Part shown: one piece after another, positions 26,029 to 36,160 of the stretch
Numbering within the stretch: position 1 is the first letter of the stretch
Layout: each line of letters starts with the position of its first letter
From: an uncultured Thermoanaerobaculia bacterium
GTDB taxonomy: Bacteria > Acidobacteriota > Thermoanaerobaculia > Thermoanaerobaculales > Sulfomarinibacteraceae
Length of the DNA: 64,000 bases
Direction: 5' to 3'
Assembly (NCBI GenBank): GCA_964609835.1
Contig: CAZSTH010000002.1
Span: forward strand, 19,227-83,226
The notes under the pieces: model-generated
Told to the model about the DNA's origin: nothing
The model's input: the letters and a program-made list of their open reading frames with translations, nothing else
Databases searched by the model: none
Translations under genes and position numbers: made by a program

Positions 26029-26754
26029 ATGAGCAGTCAGAAGCCCCTCATCCAGCTCCGCGACATCGCCAAGACCTACGGGAGCGGGAGCGCGGCCTGC
26101 CGGGCGCTCAACGGTGTCGATCTCGACATCAACGAGGGCGAGTTCGTCGCCATCATCGGTTCGAGCGGCTCGGGCAAGTCGACGTTCGTGAACATCCTCG
26201 GTTGCCTCGACTCGCCCACCAGCGGCTGCTACCTCTTCGGCGGGTGCGCCGTCGAGGGGCTGTCGAAGGAGCAACAGGCCCTGATTCGACGGAACTCTCT
26301 AAGCTTCGTGTTCGAGGGCTTCAACCTGCTCGCCCGAACGAGCGCGCTCGAGAACGTCGAGCTGCCTTTGCTCTACCGAGGGTTGAGCCGCGGCGAGCGT
26401 CGCGACCGGGCCCGTCAGGCGCTCGACGCCGTCGGCCTCCTGCCGTGGCAGTATCGCAGCTCGGATGAACTCTCGGGAGTCCAGCAGCAACGGGTCGCGG
26501 TGGCCCGCGCCGTCGCCACGAACCCGACGGTGCTGTTCGCGGACGAGCCGACCGGGAACCTCGACTCTACGTCCAGTCACGAGGTCATGGAGCTCATCAC
26601 CGAGCTGAACCGGGCGAAGGGGATCACCGTGGTGATGGTCACCCACGATCCCGAGATGGCGGCGTATGCGCGGCGTATCGTCACCGTCCTTGACGGCCAC
26701 ATCGTGTTGGACACCCTGCGCGACAACCGCGGCGAGGAATCGGTGGTGGCGTGA
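26029..26754 (+). CDS. ABC transporter ATP-binding protein (MacB/LolD type)
   Basis: Walker A is GSSGSGKST and Walker B is VLFADEPTGNLD. The signature reads LSGVQQQRVAVARAV, so the canonical LSGGQ is LSGVQ here. Confidence 0.9.
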   Translation: MSSQKPLIQLRDIAKTYGSGSAACRALNGVDLDINEGEFVAIIGSSGSGKSTFVNILGCLDSPTSGCYLFGGCAVEGLSKEQQALIRRNSLSFVFEGFNLLARTSALENVELPLLYRGLSRGERRDRARQALDAVGLLPWQYRSSDELSGVQQQRVAVARAVATNPTVLFADEPTGNLDSTSSHEVMELITELNRAKGITVVMVTHDPEMAAYARRIVTVLDGHIVLDTLRDNRGEESVVA

Positions 26755-27299
26755 TGCTCTGGAACGCATTGACCGTCGCTCTGCGCGAAACCCATCGCAA
26801 CCTCCTCAGAGACTTCCTCGCCGTGCTTGGCATCGTGATCGGTGTCGCTGTTCTGGTGATCATTGTCAGTTTCGGCCGGGGCGCAACCGGGTCGGTGAGC
26901 TCCCAGGTGGAGAGCCTCACTCTACTGTTGGGCGCGGTGGCGGCCGTCAGCCTCCTGGTGGGCGGCATCGGCATCATGAACATCATGCTGGTCTCGGTGA
27001 CGGAGAGAACCCGGGAGATCGGGATCCGCATGTCGACCGGCGCGCTGCCCCGGGAGGTGCTGCTGCAGTTTCTGGTGGAGGCCCTTGTGCTGTCGTTGAT
27101 CGGCGGGCTCGCCGGCATCGCCCTCGCGCTCGTCGGCAGCCTTGCCCTCGCCCGGGCCAACGGAATTCCGTTCGTTTTCGATCCCGGGATCAACCTTGTC
27201 GCATTCGCCGTGTCGGCACTCGTCGGCGTGGTGTTCGGATACGGGCCGGCCCACCGTGCGGCCCGGCTCGACCCGGTCGAGGCGTTGCGGTGCGAGTGA
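26751..27299 (+). CDS. FtsX/MacB-type ABC permease lacking the periplasmic domain (182 aa)
   Basis: TM1 (ALRETHRNLLRDFLAVLGIVIGVAVLVIIVSFG) is followed after about 15 aa by the FtsX core LLVGGIGIMNIMLVSVTERTREIGIRMSTGA and two more TMs, ending in LDPVEALRCE. The start is coupled to the ATPase stop (GTGATG). Confidence 0.75.
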   Translation: MMLWNALTVALRETHRNLLRDFLAVLGIVIGVAVLVIIVSFGRGATGSVSSQVESLTLLLGAVAAVSLLVGGIGIMNIMLVSVTERTREIGIRMSTGALPREVLLQFLVEALVLSLIGGLAGIALALVGSLALARANGIPFVFDPGINLVAFAVSALVGVVFGYGPAHRAARLDPVEALRCE

Positions 27300-27388
27300 A
27301 CGGATCAGTCGGAAACGAGATGTTGAACTTCTACCGGGAGAGGCCCGGGACCGCCGGGCATTCACGGACCACAAGGAGACGATCACGA

Positions 27389-28318
27389 GTGAGATACGCA
27401 AGCCTCCTGATGATCCTCGCCATGTGCTCGACGGGTGTCGCGTGGGGGGTCGACGCCCACACGCTAAAGAACGACAGGCGCACGCTCCGAACGATCCGGG
27501 TCGGCGCTGACGCGTTGCGCCGACCGGTCCGCTCTCCGCATGTTCCGCCGGGCGACTACCTGTTCACCATCCATCACGGCGGATATCTGCGCGACTACGA
27601 GCTCCATGTGCCGCCCTCGTACAACGGCGCGCCGGTGCCCCTCGTCGTCGATTTTCACGCCTTCGGCGACACCGGCACCGTCCAGCGCAACGCTTCCGGT
27701 TTCCTCCGGGAATCGGACGAGGAGGGCTTCATCGTCGCCTGGCCCACCGGGCTGGAGCGGTCCTGGAACACCGGCGGGTTCTGCTGCGGATTCGCGGCCC
27801 GCAACGAGGTCGACGACGTCGGCTTCTCGCAGGCGGTTGTGGCAGACATCGCCGCGCGGACCGCGATCGACGAGACCCGGGTCTACGCGACGGGCGCCTC
27901 GAACGGCGGCGGGCTGACGCACCTGCTCGCGTGCGAGGCGGCGGACGTCTTCGCCGCGGTCGCCCCCACCGCCTTTACATTGCCCACCGAGAGCGCCGTC
28001 GATTGCCGGCCCGAGCGCCCGATCTCGGTCGTCCACTTCCACGGCCTCCACGACAACACCGTCGCATATGACGGGAGTCCGGCTTTGCGCGGGGCCGTCG
28101 AGAGCCTCGAGGCCTGGGCGTCGATCAACTGGTGCGTCGGGCCGCCGGTGCGCATCCTGGAGCAGAGCAACAGCTTCTGCGACGCCTACGAGACCTGTGC
28201 GGGCGGGGTCGTCAGCGTGCTCTGCAGCGTCAATTCGGTTCACTGGGTCTACATCAATCCCGACATCGATGTGCCGGACCTGGCGTGGGAGCTGCTCGCT
28301 CCCTTCTCACGACCCTGA
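27389..28318 (+). CDS. secreted esterase, PHB-depolymerase/LpqC-like family
   Basis: Signal peptide MRYASLLMILAMCSTGVAWG from GTG 27389, with AAGGAGA upstream. Family motifs: LRDYELHVPPSY, PLVVDFHAFG, GFIVAWPTG, WNTGGFCCG, DDVGF, ATGASNGGG (nucleophile elbow). Confidence 0.8.
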   Translation: MRYASLLMILAMCSTGVAWGVDAHTLKNDRRTLRTIRVGADALRRPVRSPHVPPGDYLFTIHHGGYLRDYELHVPPSYNGAPVPLVVDFHAFGDTGTVQRNASGFLRESDEEGFIVAWPTGLERSWNTGGFCCGFAARNEVDDVGFSQAVVADIAARTAIDETRVYATGASNGGGLTHLLACEAADVFAAVAPTAFTLPTESAVDCRPERPISVVHFHGLHDNTVAYDGSPALRGAVESLEAWASINWCVGPPVRILEQSNSFCDAYETCAGGVVSVLCSVNSVHWVYINPDIDVPDLAWELLAPFSRP

Positions 28319-28360
28319 TGTTCCGAACAGAACGACTCATACCCGAAGGGAGAGGGCGAA

Positions 28361-28984
28361 ATGCGATTGCCACGAGGAACAGACGAGAACCTCCAACGTG
28401 CATCGTCCGATAGCGAGGCGTGCGAGTCGCTTCGGATCCGAACCTGCGAATCCCATGTGGACCATCTGGGTCGAGCCGCAACCGTCCTCGCGCTGATCGT
28501 CCTGTTGTCGACGGCGGCCGGCGTAGCATCTTCCGAGACGCCCTCGCCGCTCAACGGCCGTTGGGACCTTGCGGCGACGGCGGATGAAGAGAAGCAACGC
28601 CTCCAGGCCATCGACGACGCGACCGAACACCTCCCTCGCCTGCAGCGGGGCCGGGCCCGCGACATGCTCGCGGGGCGGACCTCCCCTCCGCAGAGCCTGA
28701 CGATTTCACTCGAGGGCTCGACCTTCACGATCGACTCCGGAGGGGGTGGGCTCGAGCTCGTGCTTGGAGGTCCTCCGATCGAGGCTTCTGGCGACCAGGG
28801 AACCGCCCAGGTGAGCGCGCGAATGGAAGGACAGCAGCTGATCGTCGTGGCCGACGGCGGCAAGGGAGGGCGCACCACGACCTACCGCGTGAATGGCGAT
28901 CGCCTGTCGGCCGAGGCCACCATGACGGGCGCCAGGCTCGAGGAACCCCTGAACTATGTCTCGACATATGAACGCGTCGAATAG
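28361..28984 (+). CDS. hypothetical exported protein
   Basis: Hydrophobic segment AATVLALIVLLSTAAGVASS, then a balanced-composition domain (GRWDLAATADEEKQRL...TTYRVNGDRLSAEATMTG). The start is uncertain. Confidence 0.5.
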   Translation: MRLPRGTDENLQRASSDSEACESLRIRTCESHVDHLGRAATVLALIVLLSTAAGVASSETPSPLNGRWDLAATADEEKQRLQAIDDATEHLPRLQRGRARDMLAGRTSPPQSLTISLEGSTFTIDSGGGGLELVLGGPPIEASGDQGTAQVSARMEGQQLIVVADGGKGGRTTTYRVNGDRLSAEATMTGARLEEPLNYVSTYERVE

Positions 28985-29110
28985 GCGGCCTTTCGGGGCC
29001 GACGGGCACCTTCACCCGGCAGGTGCGCTCGATCATCAATACTCGGCGAGGCATCGGCCTTTACATGATCTCGGCAGTCGATCGCAATCCGGCTCGAGGG
29101 GTTCTTGCCC

Positions 29111-31507
29111 ATGACTGAGAGAATTCAAGCGCTCGGACGATCACTCCTCGCTGTGTTGAGAATCCGTTCTTCCCCTCAGCACCGATGGGCCTGTGTTGTT
29201 CTCGCCCTCATGGTGACATCGGGCTTCGTCGTGGCAGCCGACACCGCTCAGCCCGCACAACTCGAGAAGAGGCCGACCATCGTCATCGTCGTGGACGGTC
29301 CTTCACATCTGCTCGAATCGCTCGAAGAGGCGTTTCGGGCTGCAGTTCACGAACTGGTCGGCGCGCCGAGCGACGTCGTAACCCTGAGCGGTGACTGGAC
29401 TGCCGCGGGCGTCTCCGATGTGCTGCGCTCGGCTCTCGCCGAGGCCGACGCGGTCGTCACCCTCGGGGTACTCAGCACACTCATGGCCGCCGAGCCCTCG
29501 CTAGAGCTGCCGGTGCCGGTGGTCGGCGGTTTCGTGCACGACGGGGCGCTGCTCGGCCTCGATTGGGACGAGTATGGACGCAGCACCAAACCGAATCTGG
29601 CGTTCGTCGCGTCTCGCGGGCGGGTGCAGCGAGACCTGGAGAGCTTTGCCGGGCTGGTCGGCCTCAACGTGGTCAAGGTCGTGCTGAATGCCAGTCTTCT
29701 GGAGGTGGTTCCCGATCTCCAGGCGCGGCTCACGGCGGCCATCGGGGATGCTTCCTACCAGGTCGAGCTTGTGGCCCCCGAGGACCTGTCCGCCGATCGC
29801 GCGGAGGCGGTCTATGCGGGGCTCCTGCCGAGGATGGCGCCGAGCACCCGGCGGCGGCTGTTTGCCGAGCTCGCCGACCAGGGGGTGCCGGTCTTCGCCC
29901 TGCGCGGCCGGCTCGATGTCGAGGCCGGCGCGCTGGCCGGCCTGCTGCCACCGAGCGAGCAGCAACTGGCACGACGGCTGGCGCAGCACCTGGACGCGGT
30001 GCTCCGTGGCACCGTCGCAACCGAGCTGCCCGCCTACCTGCCGCTGCAGGAACGCCTGACCCTCAACGGCCGCACCGCGGCAGCCATCGGCTTCGAGCTG
30101 GCTGTCGAGACTCGGCTCGTCGCCGATCTGATCCACCCCGAAGCCCTGGAGGCGGGTCAGCCGTTGTCGCTGGGTGACGCCATTCGACTCGCTCTGGAGA
30201 GCAACATCGACCTCCAGCTGCAAGGCGACGAGCTGCAGCTCGCGGTTGCCGAACGGGGCCGAGCCGGCAGCGTGCTGCTGCCGCAGATCGAGCTCGGCTC
30301 GAGCGCGACCCAGATCAACTCGGACCGCGCAGCCGCGTTGGCGGGCCTCCTCGCCGAGCGCGAGACCTTGATCGGGCTGACCGCGACCCAGGTGCTGTTC
30401 GACGACTCGGCGCTGACCGGCTATCGCGCGGCCCGAAAGAGCGAGCGCAGCGCCGAGTACGAGTACGAGGCGACCCGTCTCGACGTCGCCGAGTCAGCGG
30501 CCAGGGCCTACCTCAGCTGGCGCCGCGCGGTCGCTCTAGCGAGCATCGAGATCGGCAACCTGCGCCTGACGATGTCGAACCTCGAGACTGCGCGGGTGCG
30601 CCTCCAGGTCGGGGCTGCCGGTCGCGAGGAGGTTTATCGTTGGGGGTCGGAGGAGGCGCAGCAGCGAGCGTCGGTGCTGGCAGCGCTGGCGGCAGTCGAT
30701 CAGGCCCGGTTCGCCCTCAATCAGGTGCTCGGCGTCGACCAGTCGAAGCGCTGGCGTTCGGCTGCCGCCGATCCGACCGGCGACCTGGACCAGGTCGATC
30801 AGCGTTGGCAGCGGGTCGCCGATGCGGAAGGGCTGCCCGAGCTCGACGCAGCGGTTGTTGCCGCCGCCCTGGAGCGCTCGCCGTCCATTCGTGCGCTTCG
30901 GGAGTCGATCGAGGCGAGCCAGGCGGTACTCGGGCAGCGTCGCCGCAGCTTCTACCTGCCCTCGCTGTACGCCGTCTTCTCGTTCGACCGGGTGCTGGAT
31001 CAGGAGTTCGCACAACCCCCGCAGCTGCCGGGGGCAGGTGCGGAAGATGACAGGTGGACCTTCGCGCTCTCGGCCTCGCTGCCGCTGTTTGAAGGTGGCG
31101 ACCGCCTGCACGCCCTCGGCGAAGCCAGGGCGAAGCTCGACCTGACCGAGCACAGCCTGGTGCGGGCTCAGCAGATCATCGAGCAGCAGGCACGATCGGC
31201 GTTGACGGCGGTTCGCGGCTCCTATCCGGCGATCGAGCTCAGCCGCAGCGCCGCCGACCAGTCGCGCTTGAACCTTGAGATCGTGCGGGACCGCTACGCC
31301 GTCGGCAAGGCGTCGATCCTCGATCTTCTCGATGCCCAGCGGCAGACGTTCTCGCTCGAGCAGACGGCGAGCATCGCGGTGTACGACTACCTCGAGGACC
31401 TGACGGCTCTTCAGCGATCGATCTCCTGGTTCGAGCTGCTCGCCGCGCCGGACGGGGTCGATCGCTTCTTCAGCCGGCTCGATGGAGGAGCAGACCATGA
31501 GCAGTGA
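29111..31507 (+). CDS. TolC-family outer-membrane efflux protein with N-terminal periplasmic-binding-protein-like (ABC_sub_bind-type) domain
   Basis: The C-terminal ~450 aa look like OEP: AIRLALESNIDLQLQGDELQLAVAERGRAG plus a second repeat half. The N-terminal ~340 aa read KRPTIVIVVDGPS...VVTLGVLSTLMAA...LPVPVVGGFV...NLAFV...VYAGLL...GVPVFALRG...VEAGALAGLL...ELPAYLPLQERLTLNGRTAAAIGFEL, which resembles the PBP fold. Confidence 0.8.
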   Translation: MTERIQALGRSLLAVLRIRSSPQHRWACVVLALMVTSGFVVAADTAQPAQLEKRPTIVIVVDGPSHLLESLEEAFRAAVHELVGAPSDVVTLSGDWTAAGVSDVLRSALAEADAVVTLGVLSTLMAAEPSLELPVPVVGGFVHDGALLGLDWDEYGRSTKPNLAFVASRGRVQRDLESFAGLVGLNVVKVVLNASLLEVVPDLQARLTAAIGDASYQVELVAPEDLSADRAEAVYAGLLPRMAPSTRRRLFAELADQGVPVFALRGRLDVEAGALAGLLPPSEQQLARRLAQHLDAVLRGTVATELPAYLPLQERLTLNGRTAAAIGFELAVETRLVADLIHPEALEAGQPLSLGDAIRLALESNIDLQLQGDELQLAVAERGRAGSVLLPQIELGSSATQINSDRAAALAGLLAERETLIGLTATQVLFDDSALTGYRAARKSERSAEYEYEATRLDVAESAARAYLSWRRAVALASIEIGNLRLTMSNLETARVRLQVGAAGREEVYRWGSEEAQQRASVLAALAAVDQARFALNQVLGVDQSKRWRSAAADPTGDLDQVDQRWQRVADAEGLPELDAAVVAAALERSPSIRALRESIEASQAVLGQRRRSFYLPSLYAVFSFDRVLDQEFAQPPQLPGAGAEDDRWTFALSASLPLFEGGDRLHALGEARAKLDLTEHSLVRAQQIIEQQARSALTAVRGSYPAIELSRSAADQSRLNLEIVRDRYAVGKASILDLLDAQRQTFSLEQTASIAVYDYLEDLTALQRSISWFELLAAPDGVDRFFSRLDGGADHEQ

Positions 31508-32876
31508 CAACCAGGCGCCACCGCTTCGCCAGCGGCTGCTGATCATTCCACCGATCGTCGCTGGAATCCTCATCGTCGTCGTGCTCGTCGCCCTGCGTTC
31601 CGGCCCGGAGCGGATCGACCTCGGCGAGCGGGCGGTGTCGGTCCGGGTGCTGACCGCCCGCGAGATGGACGTGGTCCCGCGGGCGCTCGGCTACGGCGAG
31701 GCGCGACCGGCGCGGGAGTGGCAGGCGGTGGCCGAGGTCAATGGCAAGATCATCGAGATCAACGACCAGCTCGAGATCGGAAGCCTGATGGCGATGAACG
31801 AGGTGCTGCTGCGGATCGACCCGACGGAGTACGAGCTGTTGGTGAGCCAACGCCGTGCCAATTTGCAGTCGGCCGAGGCCCAGCTTGCCCAGCTCGAGGT
31901 CGAAGAGGCCAACCAGCGCGCCAACCTCGAGATCGAACGACGCGCCCTGGCGCTGGCCGAGAACGATCTCAAGCGCAACGTGGAGCTGCTCGAGCGGAGT
32001 TCGATCCCCGAGGCGTTGATGGAGCAGATCGAGCGCGATGTGCTGCGTCAGCGCACCCAGGTTCAGAACCTCGAGAACAGCCTGGCGCTGATCCCGACCC
32101 GGCGCGACCAACTCGTCGCGCAGCAGGTGCTGGCCGCAGCGCAGCTCGAGGACGCCGAAAGGAACCTCCGCAACACCGTGATCCGCGCCCCGTATCCGTG
32201 CCGGGTCGCAGCGCGGAACGTCGTGGGTGCCGAGTATATCCGTGCGGGCACGGTGGTGGCCGTTGCGCACGGAGTGAAACGGGCCGAGGTCGAGGCGCAG
32301 ATCCCATTCGCCCGGCTCCGCAATCTGCTGGACCCTGGTTTCGAGGCGCCAAAGGTCAGCGAGAATCTGGACTCGGACGAGCTTTTCGCCAAGCTCGGCC
32401 TGACCGCGGTGGTCCGCCTCGCCGGGGGTGAGGAGGGCCCCGAGTGGCCGGCTCGTTTCGAACGCATCGGCGCCACGGTCGACCCGGTCACCCGCACCTC
32501 GGCGGTGATCGTCTCGGTCGACGAGCCGTACCGGCAGGCGGCACCGGGCGTGCGGCCGCCGCTGATCAAGGGCATGTACTGCGAGGTGGAGCTGCGCGGC
32601 AAACCGCGTCGTGCGCTGCCGGTGCCGCGCGAAACCGTTCACGAAGACCAGGTCTACGTGGTCAGTGCCGACGATCGGCTCGAGGTGCGCCAGGTCGAGG
32701 TGGCGTTCGAGCACGGCGAGCTGGCCGTCATCAGCCAGGGGTTGGAGGCAGGAGAGCAGGTGGTGCTGTCCGATCTCGTGCCGGCGATCGCCGGCACCCT
32801 GCTCGAGCCGGTCGAGGATGCGGTCGCTACCGAACGCCTGGAGCGTTCCGCGCGGGGTGAGGGGGCGGTACGATGA
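31497..32876 (+). CDS. efflux RND periplasmic adaptor (HlyD/MFP family)
   Basis: N-terminal TM, a coiled-coil hairpin (LQSAEAQLAQLEVEEANQRANLEIERRAL...), then beta-barrel segments. It overlaps the tolC-like end and the RND start. Confidence 0.85.
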   Translation: MSSDNQAPPLRQRLLIIPPIVAGILIVVVLVALRSGPERIDLGERAVSVRVLTAREMDVVPRALGYGEARPAREWQAVAEVNGKIIEINDQLEIGSLMAMNEVLLRIDPTEYELLVSQRRANLQSAEAQLAQLEVEEANQRANLEIERRALALAENDLKRNVELLERSSIPEALMEQIERDVLRQRTQVQNLENSLALIPTRRDQLVAQQVLAAAQLEDAERNLRNTVIRAPYPCRVAARNVVGAEYIRAGTVVAVAHGVKRAEVEAQIPFARLRNLLDPGFEAPKVSENLDSDELFAKLGLTAVVRLAGGEEGPEWPARFERIGATVDPVTRTSAVIVSVDEPYRQAAPGVRPPLIKGMYCEVELRGKPRRALPVPRETVHEDQVYVVSADDRLEVRQVEVAFEHGELAVISQGLEAGEQVVLSDLVPAIAGTLLEPVEDAVATERLERSARGEGAVR

Positions 32877-35800
32877 TCCGTTTCTTCGCCGGCCACCCGA
32901 CGGCGGCCAACCTGCTCATGATCGTGTTTGTCGCGATGGGCGTGATCGCGTTTCCCGGGCTCGAGCGCGCCACCTTCCCGGACTTCGACGCCGACCAGGT
33001 CCAGGTCCGCGTCGTCTACCCGGGGGCGAGCGCCGGTGACGTGGAGGAAGCGATCTGTCAGCGTATCGAGGACGCGGTCGACGGTATCGGCTCCGTCGCC
33101 GAGATCTCGTCGGAGGCTCGCGAAGGCGTCGGCACGGTGGTCGTCGAGATGGACGGGGGCGGTACGCTCCAGAGCTTCATCGACGACATCCGCACGGCGG
33201 TCGACGCGATCGACGACTTTCCGGAGCAGGCCGAGACCCCGGTGATCGAGAAGCTCGGCGAGACCCAGCTCGTGGTCGCGGTGGCGGTGACCGGCGACAT
33301 GGACCCGCCGGCGCTCAAGGCCTATTGCGACGAGCTCAAGCGCACGCTACAGCTTGAGTACGACGTCGCATTGGTCGACGTGCTCGGCTTCTCGGATCAC
33401 CAAATCCGGATCGAGATACCCTCCCTGACCCTGATGCAGTACGGCGTCAGCGCCGCCGATGTCGCGACGACCATTCAGCAGCAAGCGGTCGATCTGCCTG
33501 CCGGCACCGTCTCCACGGCCGAACGCGAAGTCATGATTCGATTCACCGACCAGCGGCGCAGCCCGGCCGAGTTCGAAGACCTGGTAGTGGTGGCGCGCAG
33601 GGGTGGGGCCGAGATCCGGCTCGGCGACATCGCGACCATCACGGACACCTTCGAGCAGGCGGAGTCGAAGGTCGAGCTCAACGGACGGCGGGCGGGTTTG
33701 CTGAAGGTCGATAAGAGTGATCAGGAGGACGCGCTCGAGGTCTTCGACCGGGTCGCCGCCTTCGTCGCCGACACCCGCGCCACGGCGCCACCGGGCGTCG
33801 AGCTGACGCTGGTCCAGGACGTCTCGTCGATCGTGCGGGACCGGCTGTCGATGCTGCTGACCAACGGCTGGCAGGGGCTGGTCCTCGTGTTTCTGGCGAT
33901 GTGGTTGTTTTTCTCGCTGCGCTACTCGTTCTGGGTCACGGTGGGCCTGCCGGTGTCGTTCCTCGGCGCCAGCTTCCTGATGCTGCAGCTCGGCATGACC
34001 ATCAACATGATCAGCATGGTCGGGCTGCTGCTCGCGATCGGGCTGCTGATGGACGACGCGATCGTGATCGCCGAGAACGTGGCGAGCCACATCGAGCGCC
34101 GCAAGCCGGCGCTTCGGGCGGTGATCGACGGCGTGAACGAGGTCCGGGTCGGGGTCTTCGCCTCGTTCATCACGACCATCTGCGTCTTCGGCCCGCTGTG
34201 CTTCCTCTCGGGCTCGATCGGCAAGACCATGCGGGTGATGCCGTTGGTGCTGATCATGGTGCTGGTGGTGTCGCTGGTCGAGGCCTTCCTGATCCTGCCC
34301 AACCACCTGGCGCACAGCCTCGCGCACCGCAAGCAAGGCCCGCCGAGCCGCTTCCGGCGACGCTTCGAGGAGCGCTTCGAGCAGATCCGCGAGCGCTGGC
34401 TCGGGCGTTTGGTCGATACGGCGGTGCGCTGGCGCTACCTGACGCTGGGACTCACTGTGATGGCGTTCCTGGCGTCGATCTCGATGCTCCTCGGCGGCGT
34501 CCTGAAGTTCGTGTCGTTCCCGAACATCGATGGCGACGTGGTCCAGGCGCGGCTGCTGCTGCCCCAGGGCACGCCGCTCGAGCGGACGGAGGACGTTGTC
34601 GAGCAGCTGATCGACGCCCTCGATCGGGTCAACGACGAGCTCACACCGCTGCAGCCCGACGAACAGCGGCTGGTCGGCAACGTCAGCACGCAGTACGGCG
34701 TCAACAGCGACGCGTTCGAAACCGGTCCGCACCTCGCAACCGTCACCGTCGACCTGCTGTCGGCCGAGGTCCGCAGCTCACGCATCGACGACATCCTGGC
34801 TCGGTGGCGTGAGGAACTCGGCGAGCTACCCGACCTGGTCTTCCTAACCCTCGGCCAACCGACGATGGGTCCGGCCGGACGACCGTTCGAGATCCGCCTG
34901 CAGGGTCGCGACCTGGTCGCCCTCAAGCAGGCCTCGACCGAGCTGCTCGCGTGGATGTCCGACTTCAACGGCGTGCTCGATCTCAACGACGACCTGCGCC
35001 CGGGCAAGCCAGAGCTGAGGGTGCGGCTGCGGGAGGGCGCGACCGGCCTCGGATTGACCGCCCAGTCGATCGCGCAGCAGCTGCGCGGCGCGTTCTTCGG
35101 CTCCACCGCATCCGAGATCCAGGTCGGTCCCGAGTCGTATGAGATCGACGTCCGACTCGCCGCCGCGGACCAGGACAGCTTCGGTGACATCGAGTACTTC
35201 CACGTCTCGGGTGCCGATGGCCGCCAGGTGCCGTTGTCGACGGTCGCCACGGTCGAGTGGTCCCGCGGCTGGGCGCGGATCGCGCGCATCAACGGTCTGC
35301 GGACCGTGACGGTGCGCGGCGACGTCGACTCGGACGTGACCAACACCGCCGAGATCGCCGCCACGCTGCGGGGCAGCTACCTGCCCGGTTTCCTCGAGCG
35401 TCACCTGGGGGTGCATGTCGAGCTCGCCGGTGAGGTTGCAGAAACCCAGACGACCTCACGTTCGATCGCCCGGAGCCTCGCCATCGGCATGCTCGGCGTG
35501 TTCATCCTGCTCAGCTTCCAGTTCCGCAGCTACATCGAGCCCGCCGTCGTCATGGTGGCCATCCCCTTCGCCCTGATCGGGGTGATCTGGGGCCACCTCG
35601 CCCTTGGCCTGGTGCTGACCATGACCAGCATGGTGGGCTTCGTCTCCCTCGCCGGGATCGTCGTCAACGACTCGATTCTGCTCGTGGAATTCATCAAGAA
35701 TCGCCGCAGAGAGGGTCGCAGCGTGGGCGAATCGGCGCGGATGGCGTCGCGCGAGCGCTTCCGTGCCGTCCTGCTGACCTCGGTGACGACCATCGCCGGT

Positions 35801-35968
35801 CTGCTGCCGCTGTTGACCGAGCGCAGCCTTCAGGCGCAGTTTTTGATCCCGTTGGTCGCCAGCCTGGTCTTCGGCCTGATGGCCTCGACCGTGCTCGTGC
35901 TGGTCGTCATTCCGAGCCTCTACACCATCCTCGGCGACCTCGGCCTGGTCAGCGACGTCGAGAGGTAG
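32873..35968 (+). CDS. RND efflux transporter permease (AcrB/HAE-like)
   Basis: 1031 aa. It begins MIRFFAGHPTAANLLMIVFVAMGVIAFPGLERATFPDF and has a 12-TM/2-loop architecture with the typical motifs GLLLAIGLLMDDAIVIAEN and GIVVNDSILLVEF. Confidence 0.9.
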   Translation: MIRFFAGHPTAANLLMIVFVAMGVIAFPGLERATFPDFDADQVQVRVVYPGASAGDVEEAICQRIEDAVDGIGSVAEISSEAREGVGTVVVEMDGGGTLQSFIDDIRTAVDAIDDFPEQAETPVIEKLGETQLVVAVAVTGDMDPPALKAYCDELKRTLQLEYDVALVDVLGFSDHQIRIEIPSLTLMQYGVSAADVATTIQQQAVDLPAGTVSTAEREVMIRFTDQRRSPAEFEDLVVVARRGGAEIRLGDIATITDTFEQAESKVELNGRRAGLLKVDKSDQEDALEVFDRVAAFVADTRATAPPGVELTLVQDVSSIVRDRLSMLLTNGWQGLVLVFLAMWLFFSLRYSFWVTVGLPVSFLGASFLMLQLGMTINMISMVGLLLAIGLLMDDAIVIAENVASHIERRKPALRAVIDGVNEVRVGVFASFITTICVFGPLCFLSGSIGKTMRVMPLVLIMVLVVSLVEAFLILPNHLAHSLAHRKQGPPSRFRRRFEERFEQIRERWLGRLVDTAVRWRYLTLGLTVMAFLASISMLLGGVLKFVSFPNIDGDVVQARLLLPQGTPLERTEDVVEQLIDALDRVNDELTPLQPDEQRLVGNVSTQYGVNSDAFETGPHLATVTVDLLSAEVRSSRIDDILARWREELGELPDLVFLTLGQPTMGPAGRPFEIRLQGRDLVALKQASTELLAWMSDFNGVLDLNDDLRPGKPELRVRLREGATGLGLTAQSIAQQLRGAFFGSTASEIQVGPESYEIDVRLAAADQDSFGDIEYFHVSGADGRQVPLSTVATVEWSRGWARIARINGLRTVTVRGDVDSDVTNTAEIAATLRGSYLPGFLERHLGVHVELAGEVAETQTTSRSIARSLAIGMLGVFILLSFQFRSYIEPAVVMVAIPFALIGVIWGHLALGLVLTMTSMVGFVSLAGIVVNDSILLVEFIKNRRREGRSVGESARMASRERFRAVLLTSVTTIAGLLPLLTERSLQAQFLIPLVASLVFGLMASTVLVLVVIPSLYTILGDLGLVSDVER

Positions 35969-36160
35969 GCCGCCGTGCCCTCAGGACCGACTTTGACGCC
36001 CGGAACGTCGTGGAGATGCCCGAACACCGGATCATCTCAGTCCCCAGAATTGTGGTCAGTACTATTCGACGATGGTCCCATCGCGGCTGAATCGGCCGAA
36101 ACAACAAATTGGGTGCGTCGCGCGGACCCGCGTCCACCCAGAACTGAAAGGGAATTAAGA

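Noticed and set aside
26666-27388. N-terminal 240 codons of the 550-aa track ORF 26666-28318
   Set aside because: This part overlaps the ABC ATPase and permease genes in another frame. The esterase has a proper SD, GTG start and signal peptide at 27389.
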